From positions 4,172,045 to 4,229,864 of the forward strand of contig NC_068982.1 of NCBI RefSeq assembly GCF_001194135.2: a DNA stretch of 57,820 nt. Reading direction: 5' to 3'. A model generated the notes under the pieces. That model did no database searches, was not told the origin of the DNA, and worked only from the letters and a program-made list of their open reading frames with translations. Below are positions 1-11,864 of the stretch, piece by piece. The stretch's first letter is position 1. Each line of letters begins with the position of its first letter. This DNA comes from Octopus bimaculoides (taxonomy: Eukaryota). A program made the translations under genes and the position numbers.

Positions 1-366
1 ATACAAATCTGTGTCTGTCTGTCTGTCTGTCTGTCCATCCGTCCGTCCGCCCGCCCGCCCACCTGTCTGTCTGTCTGTCTGTCTGCCTGCCTGCCTGCCT
101 GCCTGTCTGTCTGCCTGCCTGTCTGTCTGTCTGTCTGTCCGTCTTTCAGTTTCCGTCTTCAAAGTCCACTCACAAGGTTTCGGTCGATCCAAGGCTATAG
201 AAGAAGCGCAAGGTACCATGGAACCATGTGGTTGGGAAACAAACTTCTTACTGGAGAGTCCGTTCGTATATTATGGCATGTAGAAAAATTGCGGATGACT
301 TGCAGAACTGGAAAGGCGCCCCTACGCGACTGTTTGATTTGCTCAACGAGAAATAGTAATCACATA

Positions 367-408
<42 letters not shown>

Positions 409-1239
409 TTACCGTCAGAAAGTGTAGTCTTAGTTGCGAAAAAGATTGTAGTTGTAAGTCGTTTCATCATTTGGACTGTTTTGGGTTAAACACCTTCACG
501 ACTGTCCATCACCAACGCCACAAGCAGCATAAACCACCACGGCTACCACCACCACCACCACCACCACCACCACTCTATTCCCACTACCACCACCCTCACC
601 ACCCCGACATCTCTAACACCATCATCACTATCGTCATCACCTCCACCATCACCATCACCTGAAGAAGAAAAAAGAATAGAAAAAAAGAAGGAAAAGAAGA
701 GAACAACAGCTGCAACAGCAGCAGCAACAACAACAACAACGACGGCAAATGGAACTGGAATTACCACTGTTTTATAGGAATCAATTTGGTTTTTAACTGT
801 GTAATAAATGAGGAGATATGTCACAAAAGACTAAACTAGTTTTAATTATAACAATATGGCGTCGTCAAGGTTGAAACCGCCGTTTAGAACGGAAAGGGAC
901 AATTTATCAATGTCAGAATCATGTCTAATTTCCAAATATTGAAACTTATCAGAACCTGTTGTTGACCAGGCTCTTCAGGAGAAGGTGAAAGGCACTTTGC
1001 CAAGCAAAATATTTGCAGAATCTAAAAAAAAAAAAATTGTTGATTTTGTAACATTTTAAAAATGCCTAGGAATCAATACACACTCACTGATGTTTTCTTT
1101 CTGACCATTGGCGATGAATAATAGTTCGCTGTGCAATAAGTGCGTAATGGCTGCAATGCTGGTTTACTATGTGTTGTATATATAGATATATATGTGTGTT
1201 TATCACAGTGTTATGCAGTTTGATTTTAAAAAAATAATT

Positions 1240-1830
1240 TCCAAGAATCCTATTGTTATAGCGATGTTTTCTTTTTTCTTTTTCTGTTTTTCGCTCCTGG
1301 CATTCTGGTTATCTCTATTTCCAGGTCATTCTATTTGAATAATTTCTCCATTCCTTTTAGAGATACATTATAGTCTGTTGGGACTGATACTTCGATCAAG
1401 TAGTATTTCCTGGCCTTGACAAAAATATCCGCTCGATTATTCCCTTATCTCCTTCTCTATTTGGATTGTCATATCCAAGAGTATGGTCACTTTGTCATTT
1501 TTATGAAAACCTTTCATAATTCTGGCTTAATTTCCGGTGTATGAAAGGTTCTGCTATTTTATACCTGCAGCTATATAATCTTTTGGATAAGGCTAGGTAA
1601 ATAGCTATAATGTGGTTGGCTAATTGATTCTTCGTAATCTTTTTAAACTCTATAGTTACTTAATGTATTTTGCTGCGTTACGTGTTTCAGGTAATATTTG
1701 TGCTGAAGGCTTTTATCCAGTGATGCAATTAAAGATCTTTTCGTCTTTGCTTTGGTTTCCTCGTTCCTCAACCTGTACCGTCAATTTTCTTTGTCTGTTC
1801 CCAACTATTAAAGATTTTCAGTCAACGGTC
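1240..1830 (-). mobile_element. Degraded R4/Dong-like non-LTR retrotransposon 3' fragment
   Basis: Frameshifted minus-strand remnants (HKNDKVTILLDMTIQ...) similar to the restriction-like endonuclease region of the adjacent copies. Confidence 0.55.
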
Positions 1831-1944
1831 ATGTAGGAAATTTTTCTTACTATTGTATTCCGTTTTTAGGATAATTTTTATTTTCTCAGAATGTTATTGC
1901 TTCTGTTCCCCCCCCCCCCCAACAATCCTTTACTTGTTCACCCC

Positions 1945-1999
<55 letters not shown>

Positions 2000-2049
2000 C
2001 ATCATCATCATCATTGCCTTTGCACAACTAACGCTGGAGATGTATTACA

Positions 2050-2975
2050 GTGTCAGCTGTTCACTACCAGTGAACTAAGGTAACACCTCTTATTTTTCGA
2101 GCACCTTCCGGAGTATTCGAGCGGTTCCAAGCAGTGCTCTTTTCTGCAAGTGCTCCACCCTTATTGCGGCCCCTATTTGTTCCATGTACTTCTCAAGATT
2201 TTTGCTCATTGTTCCCAGGGCTCCGACAATTATTGGTACTACTGCTACCTTTTTCATCGACCACAACTGCTTAACTTCCCAAACTAACCTGTCATATCTC
2301 TCGACTTTTCTTTCTTCCTTATCGCATACCTTGTTGTCAGCTGGGCATGCTATATCTAGGATCCAGCATAGTTTGTTTTCTTTCTTAATTAAGACTATGT
2401 CTGGCTTCCTATTCTCTATCTCATGGTTACACTGAATCATAAAATCCCATAGGATATTTGCATTTCCATTTTCGACGATGCCTTCAGGTTTGTGGTCTTA
2501 CCAATTTTTTGCTCTGTCAAGTCCACACTCATTGCAAAGTGTCAAATAGACAAACCTTGCTATATTGTCCATGGCGTCTCTTATATTCCTTCTGGGCTAG
2601 TGGCGTACATTGGCTGGTAATATGCCATACGGTTTCACCGTTTTGTCCGCAGATTCTGCACTTATCACTTTCTGCTGTGTTGTCTATTCTGTATTTTATA
2701 TAGTTTGCCCTTAGTGCTTGCTCTTGGGAAGCACAGATTAGAGCCTCCGTTTCCGGTTTTAAATCACTTTTAGTCTTTCACAGCCATCTTTTTTCTCTGT
2801 CTGTCTTATCTTCAGCATCCCTATGAAATTGACCATACATTCTTTTCTTTACCAACCTACTTTCAGTTTCATTCGTTTTCAATTTCTTGTATAGTGCTTT
2901 ATCTTTGCAATCTTTCATCCTACACAAGCCCGACCTTCTTACTTCTACTAATAGCAGTTCTATGGCATTTTTTTA
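2050..2975 (-). mobile_element. R4/Dong-like non-LTR retrotransposon 3' end (restriction-like endonuclease)
   Basis: ORF 2090-2440: NRKPDIVL...ILDIACP...KVERY...VPIIVGALG...LLGTARILRKVL, a PD-(D/E)xK-type REL domain; followed by a (TGA)n(TAA)n tail at about 1945-2015. Confidence 0.85.
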
Positions 2976-2998
2976 CATACCATGCTATGTTGTTGTTG

Positions 2999-3038
<40 letters not shown>

Positions 3039-3059
3039 CATCATTATATGTTTGACGTT

Positions 3060-4170
3060 TGCTTTGTATTTGTACAGGTTGACTCCAAGTCTCACCCAGA
3101 GACCTCAAGAAACAACAAGTTAGAAGTTCATGTTGGCGTAATGACTAGGGTGCCAATATTTTTGGTTTTGCACAAAGTACTGTTCTAGAGAAAATTTAAG
3201 AATACATAAGAAAATTATAATTTTTTTTTTAAAATTCGAGATTACATAGACAGTATTTTACGTAGGATATGAGCAGTTCCCATGAATTTCTGCCATTTTG
3301 GGGGTTTCCTGGTATCTCAACTAGATAGCAATCAGCTCCTTTTGCTATCATTCCTAGGGCAGCTATGACAACATGTATTATTTTAGTCTCGAGGGCCCAC
3401 ATTTTGTCAATTTCTATTTCAAGATCTTTATACTTGCTCAGATTTCGGTAGGTCTTGACAGATAGACTTATATCGATTGGGACAGTCATATCAAAGAAGA
3501 GGTATGATTTTTGTCTGAAGTTTTTCAATAATATCTGGCCTATTCGCATCTATCTTCCTGTCAGTTTGACCGGTGAAGTTCCAGAGGAGTGAGATGTAGT
3601 CATTTTCAAGCACTGGAGGTCGTTTGTGTTCCCACCAGTTTTTATCATGGGGCAAATTACTCAGTGAATATATTGTGCTGCTCTATCATGCCTGTTGAGA
3701 TACTCTGTTGGTGCAAGAAGACTGCACATGGAGACAACATGATCAATGGTTTCATTTTGCTTTTTACATACACGACATGGGCTACCGCTGTTCTTTAAGA
3801 TGTTGGCCTGATAGCTCCTTGTAGGTAGGCATTGATCTTGGGCTGCTATGATAAACCCTTCTGTTTCTAATTTTAAGCTAAGAAGACACTAACCATTGAT
3901 GGGTAAGGGCTTTGTTAACATCGGCATTATTAGCTCTCTTTAGGTATTTGCCATTGAGAGGTTTTTCTTGCCATTTATCAGTCAGAATATCTAAGGCAGC
4001 AGTTTTAGCGCGGGTTTTCATACGCTTCGCTTTTTTTGTGCAAGTTTCCAGTACGTCTAATTCTGGGATTTGTTGTATTGGGAATTCACTTAGATATTTC
4101 TTTGCCTGTTTTGTTACTGAGTATGATTGGATTTGTTTTTGATTGGAGAGCCCGGTGTAGCACATCCATG
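3060..4170 (-). mobile_element. R4/Dong-like non-LTR retrotransposon 3' fragment (second subfamily)
   Basis: ORFs 3878-4165 (WQEKPLNGKYLKR...THQWL) and 3229-3549 (RIGQILL...DMTVP...KYKDLEIEIDKMW...VIAALG); (AAT)n tail at about 3000-3045. Confidence 0.8.
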
Positions 4171-4250
4171 TTGCTATTCAGCGCGAAACTCTTCTTCTTC
4201 TTCTTCTTCTTCTTCTTCTTCTTCTTCTTCTTGAATTGCATTTTATTTAA

Positions 4251-4474
4251 CCCATAAAATCCCACTGTCCTATAAATATGACACTAAATGAAAACATTAA
4301 ATAAGTTATATCACATTGTCTTAGTGTCCTATTTATAGGACACCGAGTATTTCCATTTCTACTTGAAGTAAAAGGAGTTTTAACAATAATTTTTTTCATT
4401 TTAACCTATTTTCAATCATCTGTAAAAGTTTAAAAATGATATTCAGAAATTTAAGTACTCTGGGACTTAATGGG
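4251..4474. mobile_element. piggyBac-type MITE
   Basis: TTAA at 4247-4250 and 4475-4478; imperfect TIRs CCCATAAAATCCCA / TGGGACTTAATGGG; internal inverted motif gtcctataaat / atttataggac. Confidence 0.65.
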
Positions 4475-6994
4475 TTAATCTTCCGACCGGGTCTCAATCA
4501 GAGACCTAAGGTACATTTATATTAGGTGGAGAGAAACTTCCTGAGATTGTGATCGGTTGATGTCAACATACTTTTTTGAGTTTTATAGATTGTTGGTTTG
4601 TCAGGGCAATGGTTTCGTCCATTTGGCTCCCTCGAAGACAAGACAGCTTTTTATTTTGTTTGTGTGTTTTGTATCAGCTTGTCATTATTCTGTAGTCTTC
4701 CAGTGGTAATCCTATGATAACTAGTTGTAAACAGTCCCTTTTAGCAATTATTTGTAAAATTAATCTTCCAGCATCAAATTGGGGGATTGAATTCTAAATG
4801 CAGCGAACATATTCCTTGTTTTTCTCCTTGTCTTACTAATTCACTAAGTGCGCAGTTGAGAGAATATTGCAACCGTAAATTATTACTGGAACAGCTAAAA
4901 TATTGATGTTTGCTAATTTATTGTTTGTATTTAGCTCTGTTTTTAGTATTAATATTGTAATGCAGCGACCCGCCAAAATCATTAGCATGCCGATCAAAAT
5001 GCTTAGCGGCATTTCGTCCGTCTTTATGTTCTGATTTCAAATTCCGTCGAGATCGAATTTGTCTTTCATTCTTTCGGAATCACAAAAATAATTCCCCGTT
5101 GAGTAGAAAGGTCGATGTAACCGACTTACCCACTTCCCCGAAATTGCTGGCTTTGTGCCAAAATTTAAAATCAGTATTGTAAGTCTATATTACTCGTTTG
5201 GTTCTGTAACACATTCTGTCAAATTAATTTCTTGAAATACGGAGGACTGTGTTTTGTCTATCTCTTTCATCTCTTTCTTTATCTGACATGTCAGTTCTGT
5301 TCTTATAGAATCTCTCTTCAAGATTGCCTGAAAACCCCGTCTGGGGATAACAGTAGAATTCTTGCATAGTCATCTTATTTGAACAAGTGTTCGTCTGCAT
5401 AAGGTATATCTTTGTACCATTGAAGCTCATCATTGACAAGTTAAGGTGGTAAAAATCACTATGAGATTCTGGATTGGAATGAATAGTGATGTCTCCATTT
5501 TCCGAAGGGACTCAATTTTTACCAGTAAACTGAACAGTGAGTTCTTGCAGGAAGTTGCACCTCCTGATACCAGGGTCTCGTGAACCTCACATTCATGAAG
5601 AAATCCCTTCTCACCGACTTCAAATGCTTATGCTTTACAACTTTTGTAGACTCGTAATTTTATGTAGTGGAGCAGATGGCTTGTCAGAAAATCATAAAGT
5701 ATTTTGAATTTTGAGTTGCCGTCTGTTATGGTAACACTTCGTTAGCATTAATAATTATAATCTCAAGCTGGCCATATGCAACCGTCTCACAAAATATGTT
5801 GCTTTGGGTTTATGTTAGAATTCATTGATATTTTTGTCTCCAAAGTTTCCATTTTCAATTCACCAACAAATTAATGACATGAGATTTCGTGTCATTTTCT
5901 CGACGTCCAAAGATTTCGAAAGAAATTTCTTGAGGATACTAGATAATGGTTTTCTCAACTCAGTTATAATGATTTCAGTTTCAACAACTCATTATTTTAA
6001 AGAGCCTGTTTTGCTGTTTTTTTCCCTAGTTCTCCCATGACAGCAGTTGTACACATAAGCTAAACGGTATACATTTTAACCATTGTTATTTTTCTTTCAC
6101 TATTATACAGCACAGCAAAATCTATGATTTCCTCTATTTGTTTTTCATGTGGATGCTGTCTCAATGTAATTTAATCTCTCATAAATTCTAGTTTCTATGC
6201 CGACAAATGTACATTCTCGTACCAATACTTGGTGCTTCTTCTCTTACTATTTCCCAAGAACGATTGTAATATATATTTCTTACGCATACGTTCTCACAGA
6301 GATAAAAAAGCAAATGTGTTTGGCCGTTAAGAAATGTTTATAAAACTTACATATTGTGCAATGAATGTGTTGGATAGTTCGAGAAAAAGATGTAACTGTT
6401 TTTTTGTTCACTCAACCTCGTCGTTTGATTGTAATAAATTGAGACATTCCTAGTGTCATTACTCTTATTTGCCGAAAGAATTATAAAAATATTGGTTTCA
6501 AATTTTGGTACAAAGCCAACAATTTCGAGGGAGGGACTAAGTTGATTATATCAACCCCAGAGTTCAACTGGCATTTACTTTATCAACTCCGAAAGGACGA
6601 AAGGAAGAATTATAAAAATATTGATTTCAAATTTTGGCACAAGGCCAGCTAGTACTTATTTTACCGACCCCGAAACGGTGAAAGACAAAGTCGACCGTAG
6701 CAGAATTTGAACACATATATCGAGGAAATGTCTTAATACATCATATCGAGCAACACACCCAAGGCGGGTTCTTTGTAGAACACAGCAAAAGTGGAGACAA
6801 GCTTGTGTCGTCACTCGTTCCCTTGTTTACCAACATAAAACGAAGTTAAAATTTCAGTTGTGTTTGTAAATAATTGAAGTTGATGTGTTTTCTTGAGAAG
6901 ATTCTCCATGTTTATTTGTTATTCACCTTTTAACCTTTTGTTTGAAATATATTACACACGTTTTGGCAAATATGAATAATCTCAATTTATCTTT

Positions 6995-7160
6995 TACTTG
7001 TTTCATCATTAGACTGCGGCCACGCTGGGGCACTACATTGAAGAATTTTTATTCGAACAAATATCAGCCCCAGTACTTATTTTTGTAAAACCTGGTACTT
7101 ATTCTATCGCCGTCTTTTGCCGTACCGCTAAGTGGGGGACAAACACAGACGCAAAGACAC

Positions 7161-7194
<34 letters not shown>

Positions 7195-7345
7195 ATATAT
7201 GACGGGTTTTATTTTCAGCTTCCGTCTACCAAATCCACCTAGAATGCTTGGTTGGCCTGATACTACAGTAGAAAACACTGAAAGTGCCACGCAGTGGGAC
7301 GGAACCCGGAACCATGGAGTCGGGAAGCAAACTTCTTACCACACA
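6995..7345 (-). mobile_element. SINE family A copy (tRNA-like head, central microsatellite)
   Basis: Reverse complement of ggctgtgtggtaagaag...ggtagacggaaactgaaagaagcccgtc-(CA)n-...cagcatggccgcagtc. Confidence 0.85.
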
Positions 7346-7894
7346 ACCACGTCTGCACCTCTTTCTTCCTTTTTTTGTATCTTAAACAAGTTACGACCAG
7401 TCATTGTAAGGGAAAACAGAGTCTCCAATGTTTGTATTATCGATGCCAAAACAAAAATCGAATGAAGAAATGGTAAAGCAATGTTTTTTTTAAAGAAGAC
7501 GTGAATGTAATTAATTGCAAAGGTTTCTCAGTGGATTTATTAATTAAACAATCGTCAATTACAGAGAAATACTTCCTGATAAAATAAATCCCGATGCGTT
7601 GAATGGAGTTCAAACACATCGAAATACAGAAACCGAAACAACTTTATTGATTGAATTTCATTTGGAACTGAGTATAAAATTTCTTTCGTTAAATGTGAGT
7701 GAGGGGGGTGCGGTATTATGCCGTTACGTCCCTCAGTACCAAGATGAAAGTACTATACTCATAAAGGAAAGAGAGAGAGAGAAGAAGAAGAGGAGGAGGA
7801 GGTAAAGAAAGAAAAAGAGAACATCAATACAAGGCTATGCTTCGCAACACGGTGAGGAAAAAACTAGGACCTTTATTCTTTGTAAAGAAACAAA

Positions 7895-8088
7895 TGCAGG
7901 TGTGGCTGTTTGGTAAAAAGGTAGCTTCTCAACCACATGGTTCTGGGTTCAGCCCTACTGCATGCCGTCTTGGCCAAGTGTCGTCTATTACAGCCTCAAG
8001 TCGACCAAAGCCTTGTGAGTTGATATCGGTAATGGAAACTGAAAGAAGCCCGTCATGAATATATATGTATGTATATATGTATGTATGA

Positions 8089-8119
<31 letters not shown>

Positions 8120-8129
8120 CGTGTGTGCG

Positions 8130-8173
<44 letters not shown>

Positions 8174-8375
8174 TCCCCCACCACCGCTTGACAACCGGCG
8201 TTGGTGCACATGTTCCAGTAAATAGCGGTTCGGCAAAAGAGAACAATACAATAAGTACCTGACTTACAAAAAAAAACAACTTATTGGGGGTTTATTCATT
8301 CGACTAAAAATTCTTCGAAGCGATGCCCCAGCATGGCCACAGTCTAATGACTGAAAGGAGCAAATCAAAAGATAA
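7895..8375 (+). mobile_element. SINE family A copy
   Basis: Head, (AT)(GT)n centre, tail ...cccagcatggccacagtctaatgactgaa. Confidence 0.9.
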
Positions 8376-8820
8376 ATACTAGGGCTCACTACTCTTCTAA
8401 TTCAAACATTGAGAAACATGTTGCCTCCCCCCCCCCCAATTCGCCAACACACTTCATACGAGAAGCACTAAAGAACATCAGTTGCAGCCAATCATCAGAT
8501 TGGACAACATAAACATAACTCAAACGGCGAAGAGGTTCTTAATAATCCTTCCTACTATAAGCACGAGGCCTGGAATTTGTGGGGAGTGGGGGAGTGTCGA
8601 TTACATCGACCCCCGTACTTGATTAGTTCTTATTTAATCGACCCCAAAAGGGGATGAGAGGTAAAGTGGACCTCAGTGGAATTTGAATCCAAGACGTGAA
8701 AACGGACGAAATGCTGCTAAGCATTTTGTCCGGCGTTCTAACGATTCTGCCAGTTTGAAAAGATAACTGATAATAATTAACTGCAAGAGAGAAAAGATAA
8801 TTGATAATAATTAACTGCAA

Positions 8821-9425
8821 GAGAAAATAGACATCACGCAACAGGGAAACAATATACTTTTCTACTCTAGGCACAAGGCCCGAAAAGTTTGGGGAGAGGG
8901 CCAGTCGATTAGATCGACCCAGTACGCAATTGGTACTTAATTTATTGACCCCGAAAGGATGATAGACAAAGTCGACATCGGCGGAATTTGAACTCAGAAC
9001 GTAAAGACAGACGAAAACAGGGAAACAATATAATCACAGATATTCCGAGCGCGCACACAAGCAACTATATTCGGCGAACACAAAGAAAGAACAGCATAAG
9101 TGTACAAACATTGTACTGGACAAGTAAGTCATTCTGCCAGTCTTGCATGATCCATTATCCATCCCTAAAATGTTTTCCCCCAAACTACGAAGAACACATC
9201 ATCTTGTTTCACATTCCCAAGGATTATGTGCAACTCAGCATCACAAGTCATCTACACAACAAAACAAAAATATTACAGATGACAGACCCCTTGGACATCC
9301 GAGGAACACAGTTTGTTGCAATAGAAATCTTTACTCCCACTGTCCACGATATACACTATATGTATAATCACTTCGAAGTACCCAGGTATCCACAACATCG
9401 CGTCATCACTATAAGAAAACTTTAA
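8821..9425 (+). mobile_element. Possible LINE ORF1-like fragment interrupted by a SINE
   Basis: Open frame 9017-9425 (IITDIPSAHTSNYIRR...); removing the SINE at 8857-9016 restores KIDITQQGNNIITDIP. Similarity to gag-like ORF1 is weak. Confidence 0.3.
8857..9016 (-). mobile_element. SINE family B copy with 16-bp TSD
   Basis: ACAGGGAAACAATATA at 8841-8856 and 9017-9032. Confidence 0.9.
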
Positions 9426-9495
9426 AAAAGGCCCGTATACTCAAAAACAATAGTAAATTTAATCCGATTTGTCCAAAATAATGTGCTGAACTGTA

Positions 9496-9602
<107 letters not shown>

Positions 9603-9717
9603 TATTGATGATTTGTTGTACTCCGATCGAACCCCAAACTCTTGTGTATTCTGCAGTAATTACAAGAATCTACAGATATACAGGAACACAACTTTCCGCT
9701 TTGCTTCCTTTTGAAGT

Positions 9718-9948
9718 TATCTGTATTAAAATCTGTTATCTGTATTATAATTTGTTACCTGCATTAAAATTTGTTACCTGTATTAAAATTTGTTACCTGT
9801 ATTAAATTTTTTTACCTGTATTGAAATCTGCTACCTGTATTAAAATCTGTTCCCTGTATTAAAATCTGTTATCTGAATTAAAATTTGTTACCTGTACTAA
9901 AAATTTGTTACCTGTATTAAAATCTGTTACCTGTATTAAAATCTGCTG
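9718..9948 (+). repeat. 19-bp minisatellite, about 12 copies
   Basis: Unit CCTGTATTAAAAT(C/T)TGTTA; period checked (CCTGT at 9796 and 9815). Confidence 0.9.
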
Positions 9949-10189
9949 TAATTTCTAAAACAAATATTTATCAGGTTGACGGTGACAGGAAAACATTTAA
10001 GCGAGGCGCCTTGAATAGATTCAGAACGAATCTTGTGAATCTATGCATGATGTAACGGTTTATGCTTTGGGAGTTTTCCAAGTCATTTTGTCTATACAAT
10101 CCATAGATGTTGGCGCGGGTTCAATTCCCGAGGGTATCAATGGTAAACAATCTCACGAAACCAGATTCCTATGGAAATGTTAAAAATAT

Positions 10190-10990
10190 AAGGACGCTGA
10201 AGATAGAAAATTATTTCACGAAATCAAAAATTTTCAGAAATAATACCGGCCTGGGGAGGTAAAAATCCACAATATCAAAGTGGGTCAACTCGAAGACGGC
10301 TCTATTTTCAATATCGTGTCTTGCGGCTCCATTGGTTTGATTTCTAATTTTAAGATTAATAATGTCGATAGCATGCTCACTAGCTGCACCCAGTTTACTT
10401 CTTAGGGCTTTATTGGGGATTTTTTGGGGATTTTTTGGGGATTTTTTGGGGTTTGCAGAGGAAATCAAGTTTGTGGTCCCTACGTGTAATGCGCACGTGT
10501 GTGGGGTTGTATAGCGAGGCGATCTATGTGGTGTTTTAATTTCTATGAGAGTAAAGAATTCTTTGTTTTCGATGTTTTATGCCATTGTATGTTGAAGGAT
10601 GAAATTTTTTGTAATTTTGGTCATGTTTGTTAAGAACTTGGGTCGTGGTATCCAGTTCGGTTATGTTCTTTGTTTTGTCTGCAAGAGAATATGTCCTTTT
10701 TGGAGATTGTTCAGAGTCGCATATAATTGTTCTAGGTATTTTAGGAGGAATTGGTACAATGTTGACATATCACGTTTTTATCATGTTGATGTAGTCAAAT
10801 CCCAAATTTTCTACGCTTTTCTCTGCTGTAGTCGTTGGAGCATTTTCATGATTCAGTTTTTATATGACTTTATAATGGTAATTGTTTCGGGATTCTTTTT
10901 CGCGAAGTAGGCTTTCCAGAGGACCGCTTAATCACGCCATTTATCTTCTTTATTTAGAATGAGATATAAATCATTCTAGGTGTTAGCTAT
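10190..10990 (-). mobile_element. Degraded Penelope-like element, N-terminal/central RT
   Basis: Across frameshifts: VIKR.LWKAYF, ADKTKNITELD, SKLGAASEHAIDIIN...THFDIVDFY; these match recalled PLE RT motifs (VIKRMRWKAFF, ADKT, FDIVDFYPSI). Confidence 0.7.
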
Positions 10991-11265
10991 ATTGGAAGGG
11001 ATGCTTCTTCATTTTCAAAAGCTCGTTCCCAGTTTATGCATAGAGACAAAAAGAATTGGATCTCGAAAACAAATGTGTACATACGAAAAAATAGAGCAAC
11101 CAATACGCTATGTAGACTTTATTTAGTAGGTGGACTGTTGGTGACTTGTGTTGCCATTACTTGGGGTTTCATAGGCATAAAAGCATTATTCAACCAGACA
11201 AGCGACATGAATAAAATCTTAACATGGAACTTAGAAGGTGATTATCCTTATTGCATTCTACTCAA
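10988..11265 (+). repeat. About 280-bp segment duplicated at 17508-17795
   Basis: Direct visual alignment, about 11 substitutions (about 96% identity). Confidence 0.9.
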
Positions 11266-11510
11266 ATCTAAAGTTCCCACGGAAATGAATGGTTTGGAAA
11301 TCTCATGCAATATAAACAGAGACGGACGGCATGGGTGGGTTCTGAAAGAATTTGACAGGAATATTCCGGGTGTTTGGCCTAAATACAACCATCACCATCA
11401 ATTTTACGATAGCTAATTTCCTAGATATTGCATTAGACCAAAAGACAAATAAGAACAACTCTTATTGATAGCCAAACGAGGAGACAATATATATCATGAT
11501 CACAATCACT
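11260..11510 (+). mobile_element. Degraded Penelope-like element, C-terminal RT/thumb
   Basis: KNLTGIFRVFGLNTTITINFTIANFLDIALD..PNEETIYI matches PLE KIFKEFGLKITI...VNFLDVTL..KPN.EPLYI; the YRDD motif appears deleted. Confidence 0.65.
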
Positions 11511-11813
11511 TCACTAGATGTAATTTGGAATCTGATTGGAGATTTAAATAGAAAAACCGATCAAAAACATCCCAGACAATTTATTTTCACGGATGGCGAG
11601 AACTGTTCCGAGAACTTCATCGTTACTTTCCTCCTCTAACCTTCTATAGACTAGAACTCCCACCCCATTTTTAAACTGGTCCAGGAGTGAGCGCCTGACA
11701 GCGTTCCATATGTCAGGCGCATAGTTTCGTTCTACACGCCATCCAACTCTGCTCACTGCATTTCCCGCGTCCTTGTTGCCGTTCACACTCTATTCTCCTC
11801 ACCCAATTTTTAC

Positions 11814-11864
<51 letters not shown>

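Noticed and set aside
372-406. Poly(A) tract as the end of a processed pseudogene
   Set aside because: Upstream sequence has no recognisable coding homology and no TSD was found; more likely a repeat tail.
856-945. ATG GCG start in good context (MASSRLKPPFR...)
   Set aside because: Stops after 29 codons with no convincing donor before the stop.
930-985. Minus-strand CTGAAGA-GCCTG...CAGGT hairpin
   Set aside because: Followed by TCTG instead of GAAA; not a hammerhead.
9718-9948. CRISPR-like array
   Set aside because: Units are contiguous with no unique spacers, in a eukaryotic context.
11036-11416. 126-aa ORF with a transmembrane-like segment as a host gene
   Set aside because: Its 3' part is Penelope RT in another frame, and the duplicate has a nonsense change and a neutral substitution pattern.
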